Shown piece by piece: positions 25,001 to 39,644 of a stretch of 64,000 nt of DNA. Each line of letters starts with the position of its first letter. Position 1 is the first letter of the stretch. Source of the stretch: the human T2T-CHM13v2.0 reference genome, Homo sapiens; NCBI RefSeq assembly GCF_009914755.1, contig NC_060938.1. One strand, written 5' to 3'. Below the pieces are notes generated by a model. It was given only the letters and a program-made list of their open reading frames with translations. It was not told the DNA's origin and did not search any database. A program made the position numbers and the translations under genes.

Positions 25001-28000
25001 AATAAGATTGACAGCAACACAATAATAGTGAAGGACTTCAGTATTCCATTGAAAGCACTAGCCAGGTCATCAAGATAGAAAGTCAACAAAGAGCAATGGA
25101 TTTAAACTGTACCTTGGAACAAAGGGACTTAACAGATGTATACAGAACATTTCATCCAACAAGCACAGAATACACATTCTATTCAACAGCTCATGGAACT
25201 TTTTCCAAGATAGAAGCCATAAAATGAGCCTCAATAAATGTAAGACAATTGAAATGTTGTCAATCACTCTCTCAGACCACAGTGGAATAAAACTGGAAAT
25301 CAAATCCAAAAGGAACCTTCAAAAACATGCAAATACATGGAAATAAAATAAACTGCTTCTGAATAATTATTGGGTCAAAAATGAAATCAAGATGGAAATT
25401 TAAAAATTCTTCAAACTGAACGACAATAATGACACAACCTATCAAAAGCTCTGGGATACAGCAAAGGCAGTGCTAAGAGGAAAGTCCATAGCCCTAAACG
25501 CCTACATCAAAAAGACTGAAAGAGCACAAACTGACACTCTAAGATCACATCTCAAGGAACTAGAGAAACAAGAACAAATCAAACCCATACCCAGCAGAAG
25601 AAAGGAAATAACCAAGATCAGAGCAGAGCTAAATGAAACTGAAACAAAAAACAATACAAAACATAACTGAAATTAAAAGCTGGTTCTTTGAAAAGATACA
25701 TAAAATTGAAAGACTATTAGCAAGATTCACCAAGAAAACGAGAGAAAATCCAAATAACCTCATTAAGAAGCAAATCAGGAGATATTACAACTGACACCAT
25801 GGAAATACAAAAGATTATTCAACGCTACTATGAACAGCTTTATGCATATAAACTAGACAACCTAGAAGAGATGTGTAAATTCCTGGAAAAATACAACCCT
25901 CCTATCTTAAATCAGGAAGAATTAGATACCCTTAGCCGACCAATAACAAGCAGTGAGATTGAAAGGGTAATTTAAAAATTACCAACTAAAACAATCCAGG
26001 ACCAGATGGATTCACAGCAAAATTCTATCAGACATTCAAAGAATTGGTACCTATTCTTTTCTCACTATTCCACAAGATAGAGAAAGAGGAAATCCTCCCT
26101 AATGCATTCAGTGAAGCTAGTGTAACCCTAATACCAAAACCAGGAAAGGACATAACAAAAAAAGAAAACTGGAGAAATAGGAACACTTTTACACTGTTGG
26201 TGGGACTGTAAACTAGTTCAACCCTTGTGGAAGTCAGTGTGGCGATTCCTCAGGGATCTAGAACTGGAAATACCATTTGACCCAGCCATCCCATTACTGG
26301 GTATATACCCAAAGGACTATAAATCATGCTGCTATAAAGACACATGCACCCGTATGTTTATTGCGGCATTATTCACAATAGCAAAGACTTGGAACCAACC
26401 CAAATGTCCAACAATGATAGACTGGATGAAGAAAATGTGGCACATATACACCATGGAATACTATGCAGCCATAAAAAATGATGAGTTCATGTCCTTTGTA
26501 GGGACATGGATGATATTGGAAATCATCATTCTCAGTAAACTATCGCAAGAACAAAAAACCAAACACCGCATGTTCTCACTCATAGGTGGGAACTGAACAA
26601 TGAGATCACATGGACACAGGAAGGGGAATATCACACTCTGGGGACTGTTGTGGGGTGGTGGGAGTGGGGAGGGATAGCATCGGGAGCTATACCTAATGCT
26701 AGATGACGAGTTAGTGGGTGCAGCACACCAGCATGGCACATGTATACATATGTAACTAACCTGCACAATGTGCACATGTACCCTAAAACTTAAAAGTATA
26801 ATTAAAAAAAAATAAAATAAAAATAAAAAAAAAGAAAAGAAAACTACAGACCAATATCCCTGATGAACATAGATGCTAAAATTCTTAACAAAATACTAGC
26901 TAACCAGATCCAACAACATATCAAAAAGATAATCCACCCTGATCAAGTGAGTTTCATACCAAGGATGCAGGGATGGTTTAACATATGCAAGTCAATAAAT
27001 GCGATACACCATGTAAACAAAATTAAAAACAAAAATCACATGATCATCTCAATAGATGCAGAAAAACCATTAGACAGAATCCAGCATCCCTTTGTGATTA
27101 AAACTCAGCAAAATCGGCATACAGGGGACATATCTCAATGTAATAGAAACCATCTGTGACAAACCCACAGCCAACATAATACTGCATAGGGAGAAGTTGA
27201 AAGTATTCCCTCTGAGAACTGGAACAAGACAAGGATGCCTAGTCTCACCACTCCTCTTCAATATAGTACTGGAAGTCCTAGCCAGAGCAATCAGACAAGA
27301 GAAAGAAAGAAAGGGCATCTGAATCAGTAAAGAGGAAGTCGAACTGTCACTGTTGCTGACGATATGATTGTTTACCTTGAAAACCCTTAAGACTCCTCCA
27401 GAAAGCTCCTAGAACTGAGAAAAGAACTCAGCAAAGTTTCCAGATACAAGATTAATGTACACAAATTAATAGCTCTTCTATACACCAACAGTGACCAAGC
27501 GGAGAATCAAATCAAAAACTCAACCCCTTTTACAATAGCTGCAAAAAAAACCCAAAAAAACAAAAAACATACTTAGGAATATGCCTAACCAAGGAGGCAA
27601 AAGACCTCTACAAGGAAAACTACAAAACACTGCAGAAAGAAATCATAGATGACATAAACAAATGGAAACACATCCCATGCTCATGGGTGGGTAGAATCAA
27701 TATTGTGAAAATGACCATTCTGCCAAAAGCAATTTACAAATTCAATGCACTCCCCATCAAAATACCACAATCATTCTTCACAGAATTAGAAAAAACAATT
27801 CTAAAATTCATATGGAACCTAAAAAGACCTTGCATACCCAAAGCAAGACTAAGCAAAAAGAACAAATCTGGAGGCATCACACTATCTGATTTCAAACTAT
27901 ACTATAAGGCCATAGTCACCAAAACGGCATGGTATAGTTATAAATCAGGCACATAGACCAATGGAACAGAATAGAAAACCCAGAAATAAACCCAAATACT

Positions 28001-29136
28001 TATAGCCAACTGATCTTTGACAAAGTAAACAAAAACATAAAGTGGGAAAAGGACACCCTTTTCAACAAATGGTCCTGGGACAATTGGCTAGCCACATGTA
28101 GGTAAATGAAACTGGATCTTCATCTCTTACCTTATACAAAAATCAACTCAAGATGGAGTAAGGACTTTAAGACCGGAAACTATAAAAACTCTAGAAGATA
28201 ACATTGGAAAAACCCTTCTAGACATTGGCTTAGGCAAGGATTTCATGACCAAGAACCCAAAAGCAAATGTAATAAAAACGAAGTAAATAGTTGGGACCTA
28301 ATTAAACTAAAGAGCTTTTGGATGGCAAAAGGAACAGTCAGCAGAGTAAACAGACAACCCACAGACTGGGAGAAAACCTTCACAATCTCTACAGCTGACA
28401 AAGGACTAGTATCCAGAATCTACAACTAACTCAAACAAATCAGTATGAAAAAAAACAATCCCATCAAAAAGTGGGCTAAGGATATGAAAAGGGAGTTCTC
28501 AAAAGAAGACATACAAATGGCCACCAAACATATGAAAAAATGCTCAACATCACTAGTGATCAGGGAAATGCAAATCAAAACCACAATGCGATACCACCTT
28601 ACTCCTGCAAGAATGGCCATAACCAAAAAAGCAAAAAACAGTAGATGTTGTCATGGATGCGGTGATCAGGAAACACTTCTACACTGCTAGTGGGAATGTA
28701 AACTAGTACAGCCACTATGGAAAACAGTGTGGAGATTCCTTAAAGAACTAAAAGTAGATCTACTATTTGATCCAGTAATCCCACTACTGCGTGTCTACCC
28801 AAAGGAAAAGAAGTCCTTATACAAAAAAGATACTTGCACACACATGTTTATAGCAGCACAATTTGCAATTGCAAAATCGTGGAACCAGCCCAAATGCCCA
28901 TCAATCAATGAGTGGATAAAGAAACTGTAGTATATATACATGATGGGATACTACTCAGCCATAAAAAGGAATGAATTAACAGCATCCACAGCAACCTGGA
29001 TGAGATTGGAGACTATTATTCTACGTGAAGTAACTCAGGAATGGAAAGCCAAATGTCATATGTTCTCACTGATATGTGGGAGCTAAGCTATGAGGACACA
29101 AAGGCATAAGAATGATACAGTGTCCTCTGGAAGAAA
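22070..29136 (+). mobile_element. Near full-length L1PB (L1PBa 5' UTR / L1PB1 3' end), ORF1 and ORF2 disrupted
   Basis: 5' UTR catggcggataggaggcaggactag; ORF1 fragments (MDPNQEEI.., WDYVKRP) from ~23596; endonuclease (LTLNVNGLN, CLQETH) and RT fragments; TSD aaaaggtgaatgg at 22057-22069 and 29137-29149. Confidence 0.93.
26171..26834 (+). mobile_element. 5'-truncated young L1PA (L1PA2-like) inserted in L1PB ORF2
   Basis: Open ORF2 C-terminus (..KHRMFSLIGGN); 3' UTR atgacGAGttagtggg (not the L1HS ACA/ACG); A-rich tail; TSD aaaagaaaact at 26160-26170 and 26835-26845. Confidence 0.92.
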
Positions 29137-29530
29137 AAAAGGTGAATGGATAAACAGTTTGCTACTATACAATAGAATACTTCTCAGCAATAAAATGGAA
29201 TGGAGTTATTGATACAATAATGTAAATGATTCTTAAAATAATAATGCTGAATGAAAGAGGCAGACAGAAAAGAGTACAACTTGTATAATTCCATTTATAT
29301 ACAGTTTCAGAAAATGCAAGCTTAACTACTTGACAAAGTAGATCAGTGGTTGCCTGGAGACAGATACTGGGAGAGAAAGGAAAGAGAAAACTTTTGGAAG
29401 TGATAGAAATATTCACTAACTTGATTCTGGTAAGGTTTCACGGGTGTATACACAGGGGAAAGTTCATCAAATTGTACACTTTAAATATGTGCAACTTATG
29501 CATCAGTTATACTTCAATAAATCTGTTAAA
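29137..29530 (+). mobile_element. L1M 3' end (continuation of 19125-22069)
   Basis: ggtgaatggataaac..aataatgctgaatgaaagaggc..atcagttatacttcaataaa. Confidence 0.85.
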
Positions 29531-31319
29531 AAGTGATGTATTAATATATTGCTTTCTGATATTTGATTTAGTTAAACCTTTTTGAGTGCCTGAAATGTCA
29601 CAATTTTCATATGTGGTTATTTTCAAATCCCTTTTTCAAAGCCTTTTTAAATTAAAAAATACCTTATTCAAACTAGATGAGCATTCTCTTGTTCTAGAGG
29701 AGCTGGTTTGAGTGACTTCTGACATTTGACTTCAGGTTGAAACTTGAAGTATAATCAATTAATTTATTTGCTTTCTTTTCTTACTTTGCCACATCCTAGG
29801 AACAGCAAATTGTTTTCACATTTAAAACGTTTTAAATAATTGGGCTTAAAGTTTCCATAGAGTATAGTGTTGCTAGAACTTGATTATAGACCACTTTTTA
29901 ATCAGAAAGTCTAATTTATATAACATTTAAACCCAGTCTTCAGGTTAAAGTTTCTAAAAGTGCTCTATAAACCTAGTTAAACTCTAATTTTGGATGACCT
30001 ATCTAAATATTGGTGTGCCATACTTTCAGCTTATTAATGGAAAAATAGCCTACTTTTTTCTCCGTGAACGTTAGGTTGCTAACAACAGATAACTTGGTTA
30101 ATAGAAAAAGGATTTTTAATACAAAATCATGTTCTTTAATTTTAAAAAAGACAAAAAATGGCTGTGCATTTAAAGATTTTTTAAAACTACTTTCCTGATG
30201 TTTATTATTTTTAATCTTTTATAGATATTTTAAGTTCCATAGTTGTAATTTTTTGTTTCAGCTCATTCGCACCCTATGACTTTGGTAATTTTTATACTGC
30301 AAATTAGTTTAGGCCTGTATGATAACACCAGTTATCTCTTAAAAATTAAACATATCAAGCAACTTTCATTCTTATTATTTAATTTGCAAAATAAGGAACA
30401 ATAAATTACCTTCAACTATATCTATTTCAACCATTCACAAAACATTTTGAAGAGTATGGGTGTTGCAGCTGTTGAACTGTTGTTTAAACATTATTTCTCA
30501 CACTGTGCCTAATGGATTTAATTATGGTTCACACAGTTGTTTCTTCAGATGAAGAACTATACAGATACATTGTAAACCACCATGAGAACATGTTATTAGG
30601 CTGTCTCTGCTGATGAAGATATTTTCAAATTATATTGTAAAAGTCCCTTGCAAATCAATTCCGTTAAGCACTGGGTTTCTCTTATAGGTCACTAAGCATT
30701 GTTACATACCTAGTTTAAGTACAACAGAAAGCCAACATATTCAAACTAAAAGGCTTTATTGTGACTCAACCCAAAGGCTGGCAATAGTGACTAGTCCAAA
30801 ATACATTTCTATTGAGAAGAACCAATCAAAACTATTTCTTCAACTCTTAGCCACCTATACTTGCCCCTAGGGAGCTCGTACTTTAATTGAGGACACTAAA
30901 CTATCACAAATAAAGTAAGTTTTAATAAGAGCCAGAATTCAACTTTGAGTATATTAGTTGTTTTAAGGAAATGGATTGGAGAAATAAGATCTAGAATCAG
31001 GTGTGAAGAATAGATGGTTGAATATGTTAATATGAGCAAAGAAATGAGAGGATAGGAGCAGACCGAAATGATATACATGGGGAAACCAGTCTACCTAAGA
31101 GACATGGTTTCATATTTGAAAGTAACAGGTAATAGGATGGAAAAATAGGACTAATCAGACTGAATAGCATAAATAACATGAAGTGCAGTTTGACCTTGAT
31201 ACAATGGACAGTCATAAGATTTTTTAAAATATTTTTTATTTATAATGCCTACCTTTCAAACTTCCAGACAAAATTTAAAATGTACAAAAAGGGATTTCAT
31301 GAAAAGTAATTCTCCCTTT

Positions 31320-33080
31320 TAATAGAGCCTAACAAACTGATTTAAAAATTTATGTGATGAGCAAAGGTCCAAGAATAGCTGAGAAACTCCAGAAGGGGAA
31401 GGAAGGGGAGAGGGAGCATTCCCTATCAGATAACAAAGACTTACTGTAAATCTATAATTATTAAGACAGTTTGATATTGATACAGGAGAGTCCAGAAATG
31501 ATCTATGCGTATTTGAATACTTGACTTATGACAAAATGGGGATTGAAGATCCTGAGGAAACAGTGCCCGGATAGTTGGTTATCCAAGGGGGAAAACTGGA
31601 ACCCTACTTCGTGCCATACAAAAAAAAATCAATTTTTATGGCAAAATTATGAAATTTAGAAGAAAATATAGGACTTGTCTGACTTTGGGAAGGAAGAATC
31701 TCTTAAACAAGATACAAAAAGTGCTAATCATAAAAGGTTGATAAATTCGTCTACATTACAATTAATATCTCTTCAGTGAAGTACATCATATAATCACGAA
31801 CTGGGAGGACATTTGAAGTGCCTATAACTATCAAAGAGCTGGTCATTTGGAATAATTTGAGAACTCCTACAAATCAATAAAGAAAAAAAGGATAATATAA
31901 CTTAATTGAAAACTGAGCAATAGAAACAAACAGACATTTCACAGAAGAGAAAACATGAATGGCCAATAAATGTAAGAAAAGAAGCCAATCCTAGTACTAA
32001 TCAGGAAAATGCAAATCTAAAGCAATGAGGTACCATTTTACACTCACTAAATTGTAAAAATTATGAAGTCTGAAAAAGTGTGAGAAGCAATGTGTTTCAG
32101 ACATAGCTAAAAGGAGTGGTAAAGTGGCACAGTCATTTTGGGGAACACTTTGTTATAATATTCAAGTCACATAACTTACTGTACTTCTGGGTATTTCCTG
32201 GAAAATTTCTTGCACATGTGTCCCAGAAGACATATATAAGAATGTTCATAGTGACACTGTTCAGAGTAGCAAAAACCTGCAAGTAACCCATTTGTCTGGT
32301 GCCATGGTTAGAATGTTTTTGTCCCCTTAAAATTCATATGCTGAAATCCTAACCCCCAAGGTGATAGTATCAGGAGGTGGGGACTTTTGAGAGGTGTTTA
32401 GGTCAAAATAATGGAGCCCTCATGATTGGTATCAGTGCCCTTATGAAAGGAACCCCAGAGAGCTAGCTAATCCCTCGTTTCTACCATGCGAAGTTATAGT
32501 GGAAGACAGCCATCTGTGAAGTGGCCCTCACCAGACACTGTAATCTTGGACTTCCCAGCCTCCAGAACTTTGAGAAATAAATTTCTGTTATTTACAAACT
32601 ACCCAGTCTGTGGTATCTGTTCGGGTAGCAGCCGAACAGACTAAGACATCAGGTGACAGGAGAATGGATAAATTCATTGTAATATAGTCACACAGAATAT
32701 TATACAGCCAGTGATAATGAACGACAGCTCTTTTTAAAAATTGATGAATCTTAGAAATATGATACGTGAAAATTGCATGTTTCAGAAGACCATTTTATAA
32801 AGCTCAAAAATAAGAAAAACCACCTAATATATGGGTTAGCCATGTATATGTGATTAAAAAAATTTTTAAACCTATGGGAATGACAAATATTAAAATCAGA
32901 TAACAGTTACTTCTAGGGCATGAGACAGGGGCGTGGGCTGGAAAGGAACACAAGGGTAGATATGGTGTTGGTAAACTAGACTTTTTTTAAGTTGGGAGGG
33001 TGGGTGGGAGTCGTGGGTATTGTTTGTTTTTTAACTCACTTGTATGTATTCTTTCGTATGTATGAAATATAACAAAAATA
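31320..33080 (+). mobile_element. L1ME-type fragment, interrupted by MLT1A0
   Basis: Decayed ORF2/3' UTR: aaaggtccaagaatagc, cagacatttcacagaagag, gaatggataaat. Confidence 0.75.
32300..32648 (+). mobile_element. MLT1A0-like solo LTR
   Basis: tgccatggttagaatg..aaattcatatgctgaaatcctaaccccc..gactaagaca; TSD tctgg / tcagg. Confidence 0.88.
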
Positions 33081-34022
33081 TCATTTGGAGAAATATGTAC
33101 ACCCTCCTCATTCAACCACCCATTTCTCTTCTGCAGAGGCTTGTTATTTATTAATTATGGAGCATCCATACAGTGGAGTATAATGCAGCTATTAAAAAAC
33201 AATAAACAGCTTCCAACATTCTGAAATGGAACGATCACTGGGTTACATATTGTTAAGAGAAAAAAATGTGTGTGGAATGCTACCATTTACATTAAAACGT
33301 GCACATACACATATATTTGTGTGTGCATACACCAGCTGTCTCTGTAAGGTTACCAAGAAACCGGCAGTCATAAGTTCTTGACTCTGAGTATGAATTATAG
33401 AAACCATATGTAGGAAATGAGGTGGTACCTGCAAGGTGGTGGGGTTGGGCTGGGCCAAAGGAGTGTCGTTCAGTAACAAAACCAGGAAGAACCGCTAGTA
33501 AATCATCACAGGATTCAGCTCTGAGGGAACAAGGATCTGAGAAAGGGTGATGGCTGTGGGGCTGCAAGGTAGAGCATACGGATGTTATATATATATTTTA
33601 ATGCCTTAAATGGTTAAACAGTTCAGTCTGCACAATTACATAATATAAAGCCACATATCTAATCTATTAAATGCAATGTATTTTTTTTTATTAATGATCT
33701 GTTCAAGGTGTAGTCATAATGTCTTCAAAAGGGCTTGTGGAATCTCCGTTTGTATCAAAACCAGGAGAAATCTCTTCAAAATCTGAAATTCGTCCAGATT
33801 TACTCCACATAAACTACTTTTTGACCTTTCATCTTGAGAAAAGCATAATTTCTGTCTTTGGTGGGAATATAAAAGTGTTTGCCTCCTAATGTTTCCTAAC
33901 TAGCAATGCCAAAAAATACCCTTCTAACTGGATGTTTTAAGTAAAAGTACTTTTAAGGCAGAAAGTAGATATTATAAGATTTATTCTCTTGTCATCTATA
34001 ATTAAGTTTAATGAAAATACTA

Positions 34023-34374
34023 TATTTTAGTTCATTCAGGCTGCTATAACAAAATACTATAGACTGGGTAATTTATAAACGACAGAAATTTCCTTCTCAC
34101 AGTTCTGGAGGCTGAGAAGTCCAAGATCGGGATGCCAGCAGATTTAGTGTCTCATGAGGGCTTATTTTCTCTGCTTCAAGATGGTGTCTTCTTGCTGCAT
34201 TCCCACATGGCAGAAGGCGAAGGGGGTGACCGAGCTTCCTCAGGCCTCTTTTATAAAGGCACTAATCTCATTTATGAGGGTGGAGCTCTCATGAACTAAT
34301 CGTCTCCCTAAGGCCCCTCCTCTTAATACCACATTGGAGTGTTAATCTTGGGAGGACACATTCAGACTGTAGCA
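34023..34374 (-). mobile_element. MLT1A/MSTD-like solo LTR
   Basis: caggctgctataacaaaatac..ctcacagttctggaggctgagaagtccaagatc..cattcagactgtagca; TSD tacta / tgcta. Confidence 0.88.
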
Positions 34375-35726
34375 TGCTATAAACTTTTTCTTCGTCCCAA
34401 TTACATTATGCTGTGCATTTTTACATACGTATAGTATTGGATTGGGGACTTTTCTTAAGCTGTGCCGTCGATATTGCCATGCCCATGTGGTTGCTAATTT
34501 TCAGCAGAAACTGCTGGCACCCTAACATGAGTCCTGTCCAACTTTTCTTCTTTCCCACCCCTCATCCCTCCTTTCTTCAGCACTTTTTGCTGTCACTCTT
34601 CTTGCAGTTGTTCTTTTTGCCAAAATAAGAGCAGGAGCTAGTTGTACGGAGACATATTGACTGTAGTGTGTGTGGCTTTCTGCTGTCCTGTTTCCACGAG
34701 CTTAGGAGGGAGTCGTCACTCTCACCGGTACAAATCGATTACTTCTTGTTGGAGTACTGAGCCTTTGAACATCTGTTTTTCTTTACGTCATTTATGGGAC
34801 TCAGAGATCCACTTGAAGTTTTTTTCTGTCTTCCCACGGGGATTTTCTAAAACTTGTGTTATTTCCTGTGGCCCAGAGATTGTTTCATTTTCCTGCAAGA
34901 GAGGGGAAAAGGATCTAAATGCTTCCTGTGATTGCATAAAGTTTATTTTAGGAACTAAAATCTGCATTATTTTTTTTCCTATTGTACACTGTTTTGCTTG
35001 CTGAAGAATTTCTGGGGAATATTGGGCGATGTTTACTTCTTGCACCAAGGCAGTGTTTCCCTTACTGACTAGAAAGGTTTACAGTCAATATTCTGTGGCC
35101 CTCGAGTTGGAAGTCCAGGTTTGATGTGTTCTGTGGAGGAGGGACAAAACATTTCTCTGAATTTCTCTCCTTTGTCAAGTTGCTAGCGTTCAAGATTGTT
35201 GCCTGAAACAGCATTATTTAGTCTCCCTCTACACTGACCAGTTTTTATAAATACTGTGCATAAAGTCACCAATAAACAAAAGTATGAAAACCATTTATTA
35301 GCTTATGTGTCTTTTTATGGTGAGGAAAGCTTTTACCGTCTTGAATTAGCAAGTATAGTAATTGTTTTCTGTTGAATCTGAAAGATTTCTTGTCTTTTGT
35401 GGTGAGGAATTTTCATAGAAACAATCTTTTTATATCTATCTGAGGCTTCTGATTAATAACGGTTTACAGTGAATTATCAAAATGAAGATTCATAATAACC
35501 ATTTATTATTAGAAAAGGGTTGGACACAGGAACTCTTTAGTCAAATTTCTTTTTATAAAATGAGTATTGAAAGGATGGGAAAATATGCCATGTAAACATT
35601 TAGGCTGGAACCTGTATAATCCACTTTTGTTTCTGAATGATGGATTTATTGCCATGCTTTTTAGAATGCTTTAGTGTCTTCAGCTTTTAGAAACAAGTGT
35701 GTATGTGACTTGCTTGTGCATTTTCT

Positions 35727-35980
35727 TTCTTCTATTTTTTGAGACAAGGTCTCACTGCAACCTCTGCCTCCCAGGCTCAAGCTATTCTCCCACCTCAGCC
35801 TCCCTAGTAGCTGGAACTATAGGCGTGTACTACCATACCTGACTATTTTTTGTATTTTTTGTAGAGACTGGGTTTCACCATGTTGCCCAGGCTGGTCTCG
35901 AACTCGTGAGTTCAAGCGATGGGCCCCCCCATGGCCTCCCAAAGTGCTGGGATTATAGATGTGAGCCACTGCCCCTCGCC
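35727..35980 (-). mobile_element. AluJ-like with internal deletion
   Basis: ggtctcact|gcaacc junction; TSD gcttgtgcattttct at 35712-35726 and 35981-35995. Confidence 0.92.
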
Positions 35981-36749
35981 GCTTGTGCATTTTCTAATAG
36001 CATCTTTTCCAAATGCAGAATAGATGCTGCCACTTCAGTTTTGGTTTCACTGAACAACTCTGTTAATAAAGATCCTTATTGCAAACCAATTTTCCTTAAC
36101 AGTTCATAGCCACTCTAGCATGCTGTTATTTAAGCAGTAAATGAAGGAGTTATCAGTCCCCATGTAAATAAGATTAGTCACCATCTCCAAAATTGGTTTG
36201 AGAAAGGGGAGGGGATTGATTTCCTGATGATATGCGAGAACAAATTATGGGAATAATTTCCTCTTTGTGTAGTTAATTTATTTGTGCTTGAAAATACTTT
36301 ACCAACATGACTTCTTTCCCCATATTTTTTCATAAGTCGAAAGGCCTCATTTTTTCCAGGTGGAACAAACAGGTTTGGAAACTTCAATAAATTTGCCTAG
36401 GTAAGACCATCAAAGGAAAACATATTCAGGAAGTCAGGACAAGCCTTTATTAGCTGGAAGAGCCCACAGTATTAAGTGGATATCAATTGATGTGGGGAAG
36501 ACTCTATACTCATTGCCCTACATTATCCATCAAAATTTATTTGCTTTACTTTCTGGAGTACTAGATATGAATTTGAAAGGACATTTTAATTCAAACAAGT
36601 ATTCCAGATAAATTAGAATGAATTTGAGTGGCATTCTTGTTGAATTAAACATTAATCAAGAATATAATTTTGACTTATTTTATTTATTTACCATTTCCCT
36701 CATTTGGAAGATTTGTTTTATTTTATAGCTTTAAAGAAATACTTAGGCC

Positions 36750-37113
<364 letters not shown>

Positions 37114-38559
37114 TCACAAGAGAGGTTGGCATCTGGAAGAAATGAGGAATTTGCTTCTTCATTTCCCCACCATGGATGGAGGGTAGTGGAGAGGAAGTGT
37201 GGAGTGCTTGAAGTGATTAAATTTGCTGGGCCATCTGGTCATCAGGAAAAGGCTGTGTTTTCAATTTCACGGTGAATGAGAAGTTTATTAAGGAAGGAAG
37301 AAGGAAGCCGAATTTAGTTTAAGGAAGAAAACAATTAGTTTAAGGAAGAAAATAATCATACTTTTCATAATCATAAAAGAAATCATATTTCTGCCATGAA
37401 GAACTTCAGCTTGCTTAATTGTAAAAAGAAGGGTCACCTGTTGAAGACTATCCACAGGTGGAACTGTGTAATGATGCTCTCTGTATCACTAGGGAGAACT
37501 TGGTGACAGTGGTTTGGGAAGATGAACAAACACGTGAGGGTAGCCTCTTGCTGTGGAGTTGCTCCAGTCCCCTAACGTCTGTCCCCATCCCCATACAATT
37601 ATTATGGAGGGAAGAAAATGAGTCCAAGGGGTAAATTTTTCTCAGCCAAGGAAAAAATTTATTTATGTAATGCCTCATTCCTTGAATTTTGTTGCCAAAG
37701 TCTCTGATCTAGTTATCAGTTGGAAAGCCATGAATCAATGTAATTGAGGAGCATCTATCTCCTCATCTGTTTATTGAACTGCCTCATACTTTAAACATTA
37801 AAACCAGGCTCATATATTATTCACCAATTTTAAAATCACATACTAAGTTCAAGAAAGGCTATAGGAAGAAAATCAAGACTAGTACAAGAAGTCAGTGCAA
37901 AAAGCATATATTTGCACTAAACATTGAAACTGGAAATCTGGCAGAGAGATGGCAATGGACACAGGTATGCAAAAAATGAAGAGCTTGGAGGTGAGTCCAC
38001 TCGTTGTCACCTGCTGCAGGCTTATCATCATCTCTGCAAGTAATTAATACGATTATCTTATGCTACCTGTATTGAATCCACAATGCTCAAATACTGGGAT
38101 GTGATTGAGATTGAGTAGCCTGAAACTTTTTAAAGGATTTGTAGAAACTACAATTCCAAGAAAAGTGAAGGTTGCTTTATTTAAGGAACAACTAATTACT
38201 AAGGATAGGATGAACTTTTCCTAACCTTTAGGAGACAATTACCCAGATGGCCTTTGGTATATTAGGAATGTTTATCAAATTGAGAATTCTTTTTGGGTTT
38301 ATTTGAAGCCTTCAGTATATATAGAGATGGTTGGGGCCAGGAGCAGAATGCCAGGCAAGAAGAATGGAATGTGCAGAAGTTGCATGATGAGAGCTTCCAG
38401 ACCACAGACAAGGTCAGCGTGGCTGATGACTCGCTGGTCTGGACTGAGAAAAGTTGAGCTGGAAGGTACAAAGGGCCAGGTTATGCAGAGCACTCATGCC
38501 ATGCGAAGGAGTTAGACATTTGCTGCAGATGATATCGAAGAATTTTACCAGGCAGCCCT

Positions 38560-39640
38560 CCCTGTCTGCTGACATCCTGGCTTGCAATCTTTTCTCTTCT
38601 CTCTCTGCTTCAAACTCATGCTCAAGCCTGATGCACTGCTTTCATGTGCATGTGGACAGCCCATCCAATGCCTGCGTCTCAAAGGCCTGTTCAGTTTCCA
38701 AGTTCTCTACCTCTACACCTCTGGTTTTGTTCTCATTCAAATCCACTCTTCATCTGAAATGTGAAACTCTCCTAACAGTGAGTGTAGTAATTTTCATCCT
38801 TCCCACATTCCATTACCTTCACTGAATGTGCTGTTCAGGACTCTGGTGCCTTGATGTCCCGTCACCTTGTCCTTCTCCTCTCTACGTACTTACCTTCTGT
38901 TTTAGTCAGGGTTCTCTAGAGACACAGAATCAATAGGATGTGTATAGAAGTAAAAGAGAAATTTATTTTCAGGAATTGGCTCACATGATTACCAAGGCTG
39001 AGAGGTCCAAAATATGCAAGATGAGCTGGCAGGATGGAGACTCAGGGAGGATCCAGTGTTGTGGTTCAAATACAAAGACTGTCTGTTGGCAGAATTCCTT
39101 CTTGTTTAGGGGAGTTCAATCTTTATTCAGGCCTTCAGCTGGTTGGATGAGGCCCACCCACATCATGGGGGACAGTTTGTTTTCCTAAAAGTCCACTCAT
39201 TAAATATTCATCTCATTTGAAAGCACTCTCACAAAAATATCCAGAATTATGTTTCACCACATATCTAACACTGTGGCCCAGCCGAGTTGACACACAAAAT
39301 TAACAATCATACCTTCCTTTCTTTTCCAACCTAGATGTACCCAGTGAATGATTTCATTTGCTTCTCCCTTACTCCCTTAACTTATTGTGTAACCACTGCA
39401 TTTGCTTTGTTAATGCCAAAGCTTGTATCACTCTTGCAATCTGCTGCTGCTTCTAAAACTGCTCAATACAAGAAAACCACAAACTCAGGTGTAATGGTGC
39501 TACAACAAATGTGTGGTCTCCAGCTTCAAATGGGCCCACAGCGTTGCTAGGAAGTGCTTGTGTGTCCTCAGTCAGCTCCCTCTCCACTCCCACAGTGGCT
39601 GTCTCAGACCTAAACAGTTCTATGAGTCCCTGACCCATAC
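38560..39640 (+). mobile_element. L2 ORF2 relic, interrupted by MLT2
   Basis: catgtggacagcccatccaat (HVDSPSN, endonuclease-like) and cttcaaatgggcccacagc resemble L2 ORF2. Confidence 0.45.
38898..39311 (-). mobile_element. MLT2 (ERVL) solo LTR, MLT2D-like
   Basis: tgttttagtcagggttctctagag..ggaattggctcacatgatt..gttgacacacaaaattaacaatcata; TSD ccttc on both sides. Confidence 0.88.
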
Positions 39641-39644
39641 GTGT

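Noticed and set aside
23596-28930. L1 ORF1/ORF2-like peptides
   Set aside because: Fragmented by stops, frameshifts and an insertion; a dead L1PB, not an active element or host gene.
33690-33840. Possible processed pseudogene ending in an A-run on the minus strand
   Set aside because: No recognisable parent protein, only ~9 A, and no TSD.
38454-38825. Protein-like frames (123-aa ORF; minus-strand EHEFEAEREEKRLQ)
   Set aside because: Overlaps a decayed L2 ORF2 relic; the minus frame has an in-frame stop and no supporting splice pair.
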